The notes: generated by a model from the letters alone, not told the origin. A stretch of 38,435 nt of DNA from Abditibacteriales bacterium (GCA_025055355.1 JANWYM010000001.1:1-38435), one strand, 5' to 3'; positions 7,851-16,712 are shown, numbered from the stretch's first letter. Made by a program: numbers and translations.

Positions 7851-9077
7851 TTGCTTCGCCTCATTTGCGGGATGGGATTGTGCTTGGGGTGGACGACGGC
7901 AGTCGCCGCACAAGAACGCCTTTCGCTGGAACAAGCCCTGCAGCTTGCCCTGCGTAACAACCCCCGTATCACGGCGGCGCGGCAACGCGTCGCCGCGGCG
8001 CAGGGCAGAGTCGACAGCGCACGGTCTCATCCCAACCCTGAATTGCAACTCATCCCCGCCGGGAAAATTGACGACGCGCAGTTGGTTCTCTTCCAACCGA
8101 CGGAGTTGCTGAGCGGCAGGCGGACGTTGCGCCACCGCGCCGCTCGCGCTGAGGCTGCTGCTGCCGAAGCCGACTTGCACGCGGAGATGTTGGCGCTGAC
8201 TTTTGACGTGACGACGGCTTACGTGGCGTGGCAGGAAGCCGTCAAGGTGCAGCAGTTGACGGAGAAATCCGTCGCATTGGCGCGGCGGCTGCACGAGACG
8301 GCGCAGAAGCAGTTTGACGCCGGGGACGTGCCACGCGCTCACGTTATCCGCACGCGCATCGAACTCGCCTCCGCCGAACAGGAGTTGACAGCAGCGCGGG
8401 CTATGACGGACATGCGCCGCGCCGCACTCAATACGCTTTTGGCGCGTGCACCCCATACACTCGCCGCCCCCGCTGACGATTTGACCTATACGCCCCGTGA
8501 GGTAGATGTTTCCGACTTAATCGGCATCGCTCTCGCGCAGCGGCCGGAGATTCAGGCGGCGCAGTTCAACGCGCAAAGCGGCGAGTTCATCGTGCAATTC
8601 GCCCGGGCGCAGAGGCGACCTGACCTCCTCTTCGAGTGGCGCAGCGTCCGCCTCACCCGCCACGAAGGCAGAGCCGTAGGCGTGGGGCTGTCGTTCCCCT
8701 TGTTGGACTTCGGGCGGATTCGTGGCGAGGTGCGAGCGGCTGCCGCCGAAGCCGCTGCACGTCGCGCCTTGTTGGTGCAAGTGCAGCAGACGGTCGCGCT
8801 GGAAGTCGAAGCCGCTTTGCGTCGTCTGCGCGCGGCGCGGGAGCAGGTGGAGATTTACACCAAACGTATCAGCCCCGACGTGGAAGAACTGATGAAGATG
8901 ATGCAGGCGGGCTACCCCGAAGGTGTGACATTACTGGAGGTTATTGATGCGCAGCGTACACTCACCACCACGGGCATCCAATTCGTGCGAGCCGTCGCCG
9001 AGCATCAGCGCGCCCTGACAGAATTGGAGCGCGCCATCGGCGGAACGTTGCCCGCGAGCGACGCGGCGAGGAGGTGA
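7851..9077 (+). CDS. TolC-family outer membrane efflux protein (CzcC-like OMF)
   Basis: AGGAGG 7838-7843 lies 7 nt before TTG 7851. Signal-like N-terminus, then LSLEQALQLALRNNPRI and repeated coiled-coil halves typical of OMFs. 408 aa. Confidence 0.85.
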   Translation: MLRLICGMGLCLGWTTAVAAQERLSLEQALQLALRNNPRITAARQRVAAAQGRVDSARSHPNPELQLIPAGKIDDAQLVLFQPTELLSGRRTLRHRAARAEAAAAEADLHAEMLALTFDVTTAYVAWQEAVKVQQLTEKSVALARRLHETAQKQFDAGDVPRAHVIRTRIELASAEQELTAARAMTDMRRAALNTLLARAPHTLAAPADDLTYTPREVDVSDLIGIALAQRPEIQAAQFNAQSGEFIVQFARAQRRPDLLFEWRSVRLTRHEGRAVGVGLSFPLLDFGRIRGEVRAAAAEAAARRALLVQVQQTVALEVEAALRRLRAAREQVEIYTKRISPDVEELMKMMQAGYPEGVTLLEVIDAQRTLTTTGIQFVRAVAEHQRALTELERAIGGTLPASDAARR

Positions 9078-9092
9078 GAGGTCATGCTGTCT

Positions 9093-9767
9093 TTACCATT
9101 GCAGCGTCGTTTCACATTGCGCGAAGTTCAATGTAACCGTCGGTTGCATTTGCAGGCACAAGTCGCGCCCGACCAGCGCGGTGCGCATCGGGTTGACGGC
9201 GACGAAGGGGCTCTACACGTCGGCATTTACACAAACATCGCAAGAACCCGTGTCGAAGTCAGCCACCACGTCTACGCTTCGATTGTTGCCTGTGAAGGTG
9301 ATGGGCAGCGTTGGGTAGGAGTCAGCGGCATAAATCGTTGGATGCCAGGGGGCCCTTTCTTCAATCAACAGAGGCGCTTCATGCAGAAGCAGCATCTTGC
9401 CTGTTTTCTCGCACATTTCACGCATTTCTTGTTGGGAGGGATAGTTCGCCAGCGTTGGTCCATATGCCAGCACCTCCCCGTCCACCACGATCATCCAACG
9501 GGCGCCCAGTTCGACCCGCTTCCGTTCCAGCCAGTCATGATTGAGGTCCGCCAGTTCATCCATGATGCGGATGCGTTCTTCTTCGGGCAGATTCGCCATC
9601 TCCGCAAACGGCGGGTTCTCCCCCTGAAACACCAGCGGCGGAACAGACGGCGCATCGTCGTCAGGCTGTCTGAGCAGTTCCAGCGCGGCTTCGACCGCCC
9701 GCTTGATGGGTTCATCCAGCGGTCCCAAGCGCCGTTCCAGTTCAGCGAAGATTTCTGTCTTGGTCAT
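9093..9767 (-). pseudogene. retropepsin-like aspartyl protease domain protein interrupted by an in-frame TAG (9213-9215)
   Basis: ORF 9213-9767 ends ...VVADFDTGSCDVCVNADV-TAG. The same frame continues SPFVAVNPMRTALVGRDLCLQMQPTVTLNFAQCETTLQW to TAA 9093-9095. The D[TS]G motif and the L.G.D.L...l.l.f tail are retropepsin-like. It has its own promoter at 9789-9817. Confidence 0.55.
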
Positions 9768-9788
9768 CCTGCTTCACCCCCACACCGC

Positions 9789-9817
9789 ATTATAGCAGGG
9801 TGGGGTGGCAGGGGCAA
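9789..9817 (-). promoter_or_regulatory. sigma70-like promoter for the minus-strand protease-like gene
   Basis: On the minus strand: TTGCCC (9817-9812), 17 nt spacer, TATAAT (9794-9789), about 22 nt upstream of ATG 9767. Confidence 0.5.
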
Positions 9818-9825
9818 ACCCCAAA

Positions 9826-9872
9826 GTAGCCCGTCGCGCCGCGACGGCATCCACGATGGCGTCGCGGGCTAC
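9826..9872. repeat. hairpin, GTAGCCCG...CGGGCTAC type
   Basis: gtagcccgtcgcg (9826-9838) pairs with gtcgcgggctac (9861-9872). The inner arms are cgcgacggcat / atggcgtcgcg. Confidence 0.55.
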
Positions 9873-9895
9873 CGTGGTGTAAAGGAGGGTTGACG

Positions 9896-11788
9896 TTGAG
9901 AAGAACATCTACCTTGTTGGTCATCCTTTTGCTCATCGCCGTCGGCTTGGGCGGCTATCATGCAGGCAGGCGCAGTCGTCCTGCCGTCGGTTCAGAGGAA
10001 GAGCCCGCAGCGCATAGTGACGAGCATAGCAAAGAAGGGGAGATCAAACTGGATACCGACAGCGAGCGTATCGGGGGCATCAAGACGGTGGCGGCGACCT
10101 ACGGCGATGTTGTGGCGACGCTGGAGGCGACGGGCGAAGTGGTGGCGCACAGCAACCGCGTTGTCCAGGTGAGTTCGTTCGTCGCCGGGCGCATCGCGCG
10201 ACTGAGCGTGAACATTGGGGATACCGTGAAAGCGGGGCAGACGCTTGCCGTCGTGGAGAGCACTGAAGTCGCGCAGGCGCGCGCCGCCTACCAGCAGGCG
10301 CAGGCGGAGTTGCGCGTCGCGGAGCAGAAGTTGGCAAACGTGAAACGCCTCGCGCAAGCGGGGGTGTTTACGCAGAAGTCGGTGGATGAGGTGCGTCAGG
10401 AGCGCGATGAGGTCGCCAGCCAGTTGGCGGCGATGCGGGTGGAGTATGACAGTGAGCTGGCGAACGCGGAGGCAAGCGTCAAAACGGCGCAAGCCACGCT
10501 GGACCGCGCGGAGAACGCCCGTCAGTTGGCGGAGCAGGAGTTGCAGCGGCGCAAGGCGCTGGTGGCGGCGGGGGCGGTGCAATACAAGCCGTTGGAGGAT
10601 GCGCGGCGGGAAATGGCGGAAGCCGAGAAGTCGGAGCGGCAGGCGCGCACAGCGTTGCGCTTTGCGGAAACCAACCTGACGCGCACGAGGAAACTGTTTG
10701 ACATCGGCGTTCGCTCACAACGCGAACTGGACGAGGCGCAAGCCGCCCGCGACGCGGCGGACGCTGATTTGAAGAAGGCGGAGGAGCAAGTCAAAATCGC
10801 CAGGCAGGTGCTGGAGCGCGAGCAGAAGATTTTCAGCGAGCGCATCTACGCCCACCGCGAGGTGCAACAAGCCGAAACGGATTTGGCGCAGGCGGAGAAG
10901 GTCAAGGCTGAAGCGGAAGCCGCCCTCCATCAAGCCCAACGACGCCTCGCCTTAGCGCAGTCCGCGCAGAAGAAGAAAGCGCTGGAGGAGATGGAGAACC
11001 GCCTCGCCGCATTGGAGTCGCTGCTCAGACGTGAGACCAGTGTGGCGCAGCAGAACCTCTACGCGCACAAGGAGGTGCAAGCCGCCGAAGCCGACGTCGC
11101 GCAGGCGAAGGTTAAACTCCTCGCCGCCCAGAACACATTGCGACTCTTCAGAGTCAATCCGCCATCCGCTATCCGCCATCCGCCATCGGTTGGCGTCCCC
11201 ATCATCGCTCCCATCAGCGGGCGCATTTTGGAACGTCCCATTAATCGCGGGCAGGTCATCCAACCAGAAGATATGCTGTTCACCATCCTCGACCTGACCA
11301 CCGTTTGGGTGGATGCTAAGGTGTTTGAGAAGGACATACGCCAGGTGCGCAAGGGGCAGCGCGTGGAGATTACCGCGACGGCGTATCCCGACCGCGTGTT
11401 CATAGGCAGGGTCAATTACCTGAGTGACACACTCAACCCCGAGGCGGGGCGGACGCTGACCGTGCGCTGCGAGGTGCCCAATCCCCAGGGCTTGCTGCGC
11501 CCTGAGATGTCCGTGCGCGTGAAGATCGTCATCGGTGAACGGCGGTCGCTGGTCGTGCCGCTGTCGGCGGTGCGCGAGGAGGAGGGACGCTGGATTGTTC
11601 ACGTCGCCGAGGGGGCAGGGCGCTTCACCGACCGGTTCATCGAGAAGGGCGTGACCTATCGCGGACAGGTGGAGATTCTCAAGGGGTTGCAAGCGGGCGA
11701 AAGGGTGGTCACCGAGGGAACGTTCCTGATCAAATCGGAGGAGAAGAAAGACGCGTTTGAGGCGCACGGAGAGGAGGAGGGACACTGA
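9896..11788 (+). CDS. efflux RND periplasmic adaptor (MFP, CzcB/HlyD-like) with unusually long coiled-coil hairpin
   Basis: AGGAGG 9883-9888 lies 7 nt before TTG 9896 (the ORF opens at TTG 9890). N-terminal TM, lipoyl-like GDTVKAGQTLAVVES, about 300 aa of A/E/Q/R coiled coil, and beta-barrel/MP domains at the C-terminus. The stop is 2 nt before the pump gene. Confidence 0.85.
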   Translation: MRRTSTLLVILLLIAVGLGGYHAGRRSRPAVGSEEEPAAHSDEHSKEGEIKLDTDSERIGGIKTVAATYGDVVATLEATGEVVAHSNRVVQVSSFVAGRIARLSVNIGDTVKAGQTLAVVESTEVAQARAAYQQAQAELRVAEQKLANVKRLAQAGVFTQKSVDEVRQERDEVASQLAAMRVEYDSELANAEASVKTAQATLDRAENARQLAEQELQRRKALVAAGAVQYKPLEDARREMAEAEKSERQARTALRFAETNLTRTRKLFDIGVRSQRELDEAQAARDAADADLKKAEEQVKIARQVLEREQKIFSERIYAHREVQQAETDLAQAEKVKAEAEAALHQAQRRLALAQSAQKKKALEEMENRLAALESLLRRETSVAQQNLYAHKEVQAAEADVAQAKVKLLAAQNTLRLFRVNPPSAIRHPPSVGVPIIAPISGRILERPINRGQVIQPEDMLFTILDLTTVWVDAKVFEKDIRQVRKGQRVEITATAYPDRVFIGRVNYLSDTLNPEAGRTLTVRCEVPNPQGLLRPEMSVRVKIVIGERRSLVVPLSAVREEEGRWIVHVAEGAGRFTDRFIEKGVTYRGQVEILKGLQAGERVVTEGTFLIKSEEKKDAFEAHGEEEGH

Positions 11789-11790
11789 CG

Positions 11791-14700
11791 ATGGTGGATC
11801 GTATCATCGAATTTAGCATCGCCAACCGCTTTCTCATGGTCTGCGCCGCGCTGCTGATTGGGGGGTTAGGGATTACCTCTGCGCTGCGCTTGCCGATTGA
11901 CGCCGTGCCGGACGTGACCACCAATCAGGTGCAAATCAACACCGTCGCGCCTGCGCTGGCGCCTGAGGAGATAGAACGACTCATCACCTTCCCGATTGAA
12001 GTGGCGATGAGCAGCCTGCCCCAAAAGGAGGAAATCCGCTCCCTCTCCAAGTTCGGTCTGTCGCAGGTGACGGTCGTCTTTGAAGACCGCGCTGACCTCT
12101 ACTGGGCGCGGCAGCAGGTGATGGAACGCTTGTTAGAGGCGAAAGAGGACCTGCCGCCGGGCGTGCAGCCGAAGATGGCGCCCATCAGCACGGGATTGGG
12201 CGAAGTGTTTCAATTTACCGTGGAGCCTGATAAGCACCCGCACGGGCCGACGACGGACGCGCTGCACCCGCTGCGCGAACTGACGGAGATGCGCACGCTT
12301 TTGGATTGGGTCATCAAGCCCGCCCTGCGCACCGTGCCCGGCGTGATTGAGGTCAACAGTTTCGGCGGGTTTGAGAAGCAGTATGAAGTGCAGGTGGATC
12401 CCGCCCTGCTGCAAACGCACAACCTCACACTCCATCAGGTGCTGGAAGCGCTGGCACGCAACAACGCGAACGTCGGGGGAGGTTACCTCGTGCACGGTGG
12501 CGAGCAGCACCTGCTGCGCGGCGTGGGTATGATTCGCTCGGCGGAGGACATCGGTCACATCGTCGTGGCGGCGCGGCACGGCGTGCCGCTTACCATCAAG
12601 GACATCGGGCGCGTCACGACGGGCGCGCAGATACGGCAGGGCGCAGTGACGAAGAACGGACAGGGCGAAGTCGTCGCCGGCGTGACCATGCTGCTCAAAG
12701 GGGCCAACGGGCGCGTCGTCGTGGAGGAGGTTAAAAAGCGCCTTGTCGAGGTGCAAAAGTCGCTGCCGCCCGGCGTGCGCATCAAACCGTTCTACGACCG
12801 CTCGCACCTCATCAACGCAACCGTTCACACCGCCACTAAGAACCTCTTAGAAGGCGGCGCGCTGGTCATCCTCGTCCTGTTTTTGTTCCTGCTGCAACTG
12901 CGGGCGGGGCTGATTGTGTCGTCGGCAATTCCGCTGTCCATGTTGATAGCCCTCATCGGCATGAATTACTTCGGCGTGTCGGCGAACCTGATGAGTTTGG
13001 GGGCGATTGACTTCGGGCTGATTGTGGACGCCGCCGTGATCATCGTGGAGAACTGCGTGCGGCGTTTGGCGGAACGGCGGCGCGCCTTGGGGCGCCCCTT
13101 GACCCGCGAGGAGCGGCTGCAAACCATCTGCGCTGCCAGCCTGGAGGTGCGCCGCGCCAGCCAGTTCGGCGAGATGATTATTATCGCTGCCTACCTGCCG
13201 ATTCTCTCGTTAGGCGGCCTCGAGGGCAAGATGTTCAAGCCGATGGGGTTGACCGTCGTGTTCGCGCTGGTCGGCGCGTTGGTGTTGAGCCTCACCGTCA
13301 TTCCTGCTCTGTGCGCCTTGTTCCTGCGCGAGCCACAGGAGGAGCGGGAGAATTCCATCGTCGCTTTTTTCCAACGCTCCTACGAGCCGCTGCTGCGCCG
13401 CGCCCTGCGGCAGCGCGTGGTTACAGTGGGCGGCGCGGCGGTGCTCTTCGCCGCTTGCGTTGCCCTCTTTCCGTTGTTGGGTTCGGAGTTCCTGCCCGAA
13501 CTGGACGAAGGTGATATCCTCATCAACACGGTGCGCCTGCCCAGCGCGTCGCTGGACGAGTCGGTGCGCGAAGCCCACCTGATTGAGCAGATACTTAAGA
13601 AGTTCCCCGAAGTGAAAGATGTCATCACCAAAACGGGTCGCCCCGAAATCGCCACCGACCCAATGGGCACGGAGATGGCGGACGTGTTCGTGATGCTCCA
13701 GCCGAAGTCCACGTGGAAAACCGCGCGCACGAAGGCGGAACTCGTCGAAAAGATGGAAGCCGCGTTGAGCAAATTCCCCGGCGTGGCTTTCTCGTTCTCG
13801 CAGCCTGTGAAGTTTCGCATGATGGAATTGATCGAAGGGATTGGCGTGCGCAGCGACGTTGGCATCAAAATCTTCGGCGAAGATATAGAGACGCTGAAAC
13901 GCACTGCAGAAGCGGTCGCCCGTGTCGTGCGCACCGTGCGCGGGGCAGCGGATGTGAAGGTGGAACAAATCACGGGGCTGCCCCTGTTGAGCGTGCACCT
14001 GCGGCGCAACGACATGGCGCGCTACGGCATCAACGTTGACGAGGCACAGCGGGTGATTCAAACCGCCATCGCAGGGACGACCGTCACCCGCGTCATCGAA
14101 GGCGACCGACGCTTTGACCTCACCGTGCGCCTGACGCCCGAAGCCCGCCGCGACGAGGCAGACATTGCTAACCTGCTCGTGGATGCCCCCAACGGCGAGC
14201 GCGTGCCGCTCAGTCAAATCGCCGACATTGTTCACGAAGAAGGTCCTGCGCAAATCTCCCGTGAGAACGCGCGCCGCCGCATCGTCGTGGAAGTGAACGT
14301 GCGCGGGCGCGACCTCGGCAGTTTCGTCGAGGAGGCACGCAAGAAAGTCGCCGCTCAGGTCAAGTTGCCGACGGGCTACGCGCTCGAATGGGGCGGCACG
14401 TTTGAGCATCTGGAAAGCGGACGCCAGCGCTTGATGCTGGTCGTGCCGGCCACCTTCCTCCTCGTCTTCCTGCTGCTGTTCACAACGTTCCACTCGTTCA
14501 AGCACGCCGCGCTGGTGTTCACGGGGATTCCGTTCGCGGTCACGGGCGGCATCCTCGCGTTGTGGACGCGGGGGATGCCCTTCTCCATGAGCGCGGGCGT
14601 GGGCTTCATCGCCGTTTCTGGCGTGGCGGTGCTTAACGGAGTGGTCATGGTCACGTTCATCAACCAACTCCGCGGCGATGGGATGGCGCTGGCGGATGCC

Positions 14701-14925
14701 GTGATCCAGGGATGCAAAGTGCGATTGCGCCCTGTGCTGATGACCGCGCTGGTGGCAAGTTTGGGGTTTATGCCCATGGCGCTGTCGCACGGGACGGGCG
14801 CGGAGGTGCAGCGCCCGCTCGCCACCGTCGTCATCGGCGGCTTGATGACCTCAACATTGCTGACGCTGTTTGTGCTACCCGCGCTTTACTGCTGGTTTGA
14901 GGAGCGGCGGGCGGAGGTGAGGTAG
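11791..14925 (+). CDS. czcA: heavy-metal efflux RND pump, CzcA/CusA family
   Basis: 1044 aa with 12-TM RND architecture and N-terminus MVDRIIEFSIANRFLM. The TM4 motif DFGLIVDAAVIIVEN is close to the divalent-cation HME-RND consensus DFG-x3-DGA-x3-VEN (recalled from memory). Confidence 0.9.
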   Translation: MVDRIIEFSIANRFLMVCAALLIGGLGITSALRLPIDAVPDVTTNQVQINTVAPALAPEEIERLITFPIEVAMSSLPQKEEIRSLSKFGLSQVTVVFEDRADLYWARQQVMERLLEAKEDLPPGVQPKMAPISTGLGEVFQFTVEPDKHPHGPTTDALHPLRELTEMRTLLDWVIKPALRTVPGVIEVNSFGGFEKQYEVQVDPALLQTHNLTLHQVLEALARNNANVGGGYLVHGGEQHLLRGVGMIRSAEDIGHIVVAARHGVPLTIKDIGRVTTGAQIRQGAVTKNGQGEVVAGVTMLLKGANGRVVVEEVKKRLVEVQKSLPPGVRIKPFYDRSHLINATVHTATKNLLEGGALVILVLFLFLLQLRAGLIVSSAIPLSMLIALIGMNYFGVSANLMSLGAIDFGLIVDAAVIIVENCVRRLAERRRALGRPLTREERLQTICAASLEVRRASQFGEMIIIAAYLPILSLGGLEGKMFKPMGLTVVFALVGALVLSLTVIPALCALFLREPQEERENSIVAFFQRSYEPLLRRALRQRVVTVGGAAVLFAACVALFPLLGSEFLPELDEGDILINTVRLPSASLDESVREAHLIEQILKKFPEVKDVITKTGRPEIATDPMGTEMADVFVMLQPKSTWKTARTKAELVEKMEAALSKFPGVAFSFSQPVKFRMMELIEGIGVRSDVGIKIFGEDIETLKRTAEAVARVVRTVRGAADVKVEQITGLPLLSVHLRRNDMARYGINVDEAQRVIQTAIAGTTVTRVIEGDRRFDLTVRLTPEARRDEADIANLLVDAPNGERVPLSQIADIVHEEGPAQISRENARRRIVVEVNVRGRDLGSFVEEARKKVAAQVKLPTGYALEWGGTFEHLESGRQRLMLVVPATFLLVFLLLFTTFHSFKHAALVFTGIPFAVTGGILALWTRGMPFSMSAGVGFIAVSGVAVLNGVVMVTFINQLRGDGMALADAVIQGCKVRLRPVLMTALVASLGFMPMALSHGTGAEVQRPLATVVIGGLMTSTLLTLFVLPALYCWFEERRAEVR

Positions 14926-15090
14926 TGAGAGGATGATTTTCGGCTGCAGCAACAAACAAACGTCTCGTCCCACCCAAGCGGTGCGGTTGGGGTTGATGGC
15001 GACAAAAGGGCTGGTAGGGCAGGCCCTTGGGGCGCGCCCCTACAAGTTGCAGATTCTGCATCATGCACATCTGTAAAGCATCTCGCTTTT

Positions 15091-15819
15091 TTAATCCAGG
15101 CGCCGGCGCAACGCCTCCAGTTCCGCGCGCAGGCGGGCTAACTCTGCCTCCACCTGCCGCCGCGCTGCCTCCGCTTGCTGCCGCGCCGCCTCTGCCTGCT
15201 GCCGCGCTGCCTCCGCCTGCCGTCGCGCTGCCGCCTGTTCCGCAGGAGTGAGTAGCCGTTGCCCCGTCCGCACGTCATATAGACGCAGCCGCCCCTCCTC
15301 TATCCCCAACTCTAAACCCAACTCCCGACTCCGCAGCCGCCCGTTCCGTAAAGCCATCGGTTGATATATTCCCCTCACCAACCGATACCCTTGTAACGGC
15401 GGCTGCAAATAGTCTTCCGTCGGGTCATACAGGAAATACTCCGACACCTGTAACACCTGCTCGTATAATATGCGCTTCCGTTGCTGGTCCTCCAACCGCG
15501 TCTTCTTCGAGGTCAGTTCTATCACCACGTCTGGTCCCTTGCCCTCGACCCAGACCAGATAGGTGCGCCGCTCCTGTTTGGACACCCCCTTGACCACGAA
15601 CACATCCGGCGCTACGCGCTTATGCTTGTTGCCTTCCTCGTAGTAGAGGAGCAGGTTGCCGGACACGTAAACGTCTGGCGCATCGCGGTAGAAGTCTTTG
15701 AGCGCTTCAATCAGGTCAGTCATCTGGTTGCGGTGGGTGTCGGTCTCTGCCATGGGTTTGCCGTCCGATGCGGGGTAATGAATCTGCTTCGGGCGCTCCA
15801 GGAGTTTCACCGTTGCCAT
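15091..15819 (-). CDS. Uma2 family (DUF820) PD-(D/E)XK endonuclease-like protein with repeat-encoded coiled-coil tail
   Basis: YPASDGKPMAETDTH, PDVFVV, PDVVIELTS and YF.YDP are hallmarks of Uma2. The C-terminus is AARRQAEAARQQAEAARQQAEAARRQVEAELARLRAELEALRRRLD. Confidence 0.85.
   Translation of the reverse strand: MATVKLLERPKQIHYPASDGKPMAETDTHRNQMTDLIEALKDFYRDAPDVYVSGNLLLYYEEGNKHKRVAPDVFVVKGVSKQERRTYLVWVEGKGPDVVIELTSKKTRLEDQQRKRILYEQVLQVSEYFLYDPTEDYLQPPLQGYRLVRGIYQPMALRNGRLRSRELGLELGIEEGRLRLYDVRTGQRLLTPAEQAAARRQAEAARQQAEAARQQAEAARRQVEAELARLRAELEALRRRLD
15144..15227. repeat. 4 tandem 21-nt repeats (7-aa AEAARQQ-type heptads) inside the Uma2 3' end
   Basis: Units at 15144-15164, 15165-15185, 15186-15206 and 15207-15227 (ctgcctccgcctgctgccgcg-like), plus a partial fifth unit. 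Confidence 0.8.
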
Positions 15820-15933
15820 GTCGCTTCACCGCCTTCATTTTACGCGTCGCCACCTTGACTGTCAAGGCGGGCGTCACCCTAACCGCTTAGAGCCTGTCCG
15901 ACAATCTCATGTCTGAATATTCTATCGCTTCCC

Positions 15934-15962
15934 TTGACGTTCTGAGGTTCTTCTGATAGAAT
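15934..15962 (+). promoter_or_regulatory. sigma70-like promoter of the str/ribosomal superoperon
   Basis: TTGACG (15934-15939), 17 nt spacer, TAGAAT (15957-15962), in an AT-richer patch about 250 nt upstream of rpsL. Confidence 0.6.
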
Positions 15963-15965
15963 ATC

Positions 15966-16209
15966 ACACCTGTATTGGGTTGCTGATGTCTCCCGGGCAC
16001 GGGGGCAGAATCCAACGACACAGGTGGGCGACGTGGAAGAGCGCAACAGAGTCCGTCGCCCAGAGAAAGGGGTTCGGCAAACTTTGGACTGAGTTCGATT
16101 TCAGAGTAGGCATCCTGATCGAAATCGTGCTACGCATCCTATCCGTTTGCCCCTCTGCGTGTCGGTTGGAGGGGCAAACGGCTGTTTATAGGAGTGGAAA
16201 GGACAGTTT
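15966..16209 (+). promoter_or_regulatory. structured about 240-nt 5' leader of rpsL
   Basis: Four local stems: cacctgt/acaggtg (15968-15974/16020-16026), gggcgacg/cgtcgccc (16026-16033/16054-16061), cgatttc/gaaatcg (about 16095-16127) and ccgtttgcccctc/gaggggcaaacgg (16143-16181). Confidence 0.4.
16143..16188 (+). terminator. terminator/attenuator-like hairpin in the rpsL leader
   Basis: 13-bp perfect GC-rich stem with a 13-nt loop, followed by cTGTTTAT (weak U tract), 22 nt before the rpsL ATG. Confidence 0.3.
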
Positions 16210-16644
16210 ATGCCGACGATTAGCCAACTCGTCCGCAAAGGGCGGAAGAAGGTGAGACACAAAACGCGCACCTCCGCGCTCAAAGAGGCGTTCAATGCGG
16301 TGAAAGGCAAGCCGACGCGCAACTATGCCGCCCCGCTGATGCGGGGGGTGTGCCTCGTGGTCAAGACCGCCGCACCGAAGAAGCCCAATTCCGCGTTGCG
16401 GAAAATCGCCCGCGTGCGGTTGAGCAACCGCAAGGAAGTCACCGCCTCCATTCCGGGCGAGGGGCACAACTTGCAGGAACACTCGGTCGTGCTGGTGCGT
16501 GGGGGTCGCGTGAAGGACATGCCGGGCATCAAATATAAAATCGTGCGCGGCAAGTTGGACTGCGCCGGCGTGGAGGGACGCCGCCGCAGCCGCTCGCTGT
16601 ATGGAGCAAAGAAACCGAAGGAACCAGCGACCAAGAAGCAGTGA
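16210..16644 (+). CDS. rpsL: 30S ribosomal protein S12
   Basis: [21 protein letters not shown] and [17 protein letters not shown]. It carries a roughly 10-17 aa extra segment ([17 protein letters not shown]) relative to E. coli/Thermus S12. Confidence 0.97.
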   Translation: MPTISQLVRKGRKKVRHKTRTSALKEAFNAVKGKPTRNYAAPLMRGVCLVVKTAAPKKPNSALRKIARVRLSNRKEVTASIPGEGHNLQEHSVVLVRGGRVKDMPGIKYKIVRGKLDCAGVEGRRRSRSLYGAKKPKEPATKKQ

Positions 16645-16686
16645 GCAGTGAAGACCATTGACGGGTCACTGGCTACTGGTCACTGG
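16639..16686. repeat. intergenic tandem-unit element, GTGACCA/TGGTCAC family (imperfect)
   Basis: cagtgagcagtgaagacc overlaps the rpsL stop, and ggtcactggctactggtcactgg lies at 16664-16686. Confidence 0.55.
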
Positions 16687-16712
16687 TTGCCGTTGTTGAA
16701 GAGGTGATTGTC

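Noticed and set aside
9084-9893. 269-aa plus-strand ORF bridging the OMF and MFP genes
   Set aside because: It is the mirror frame of the minus-strand gene. That gene has a DTG aspartyl-protease motif, a TATAAT promoter and a sensible start. The plus-strand translation is His/Arg/Gln-rich with no motif or RBS.
13210-14790. 526-aa ORF on the minus strand
   Set aside because: It lies entirely antisense to the clearly genuine CzcA-family pump gene. It is Arg/His/Gln-rich with no motifs, a typical shadow ORF of high-GC DNA.
15027-15251. Pro/Ala-rich 74-aa plus-strand ORF (ALPPLAAAPPLPAAALPPP)
   Set aside because: It is the antisense reading of the 21-nt tandem repeats in the Uma2 3' end, so it is an artefact of the repeat.
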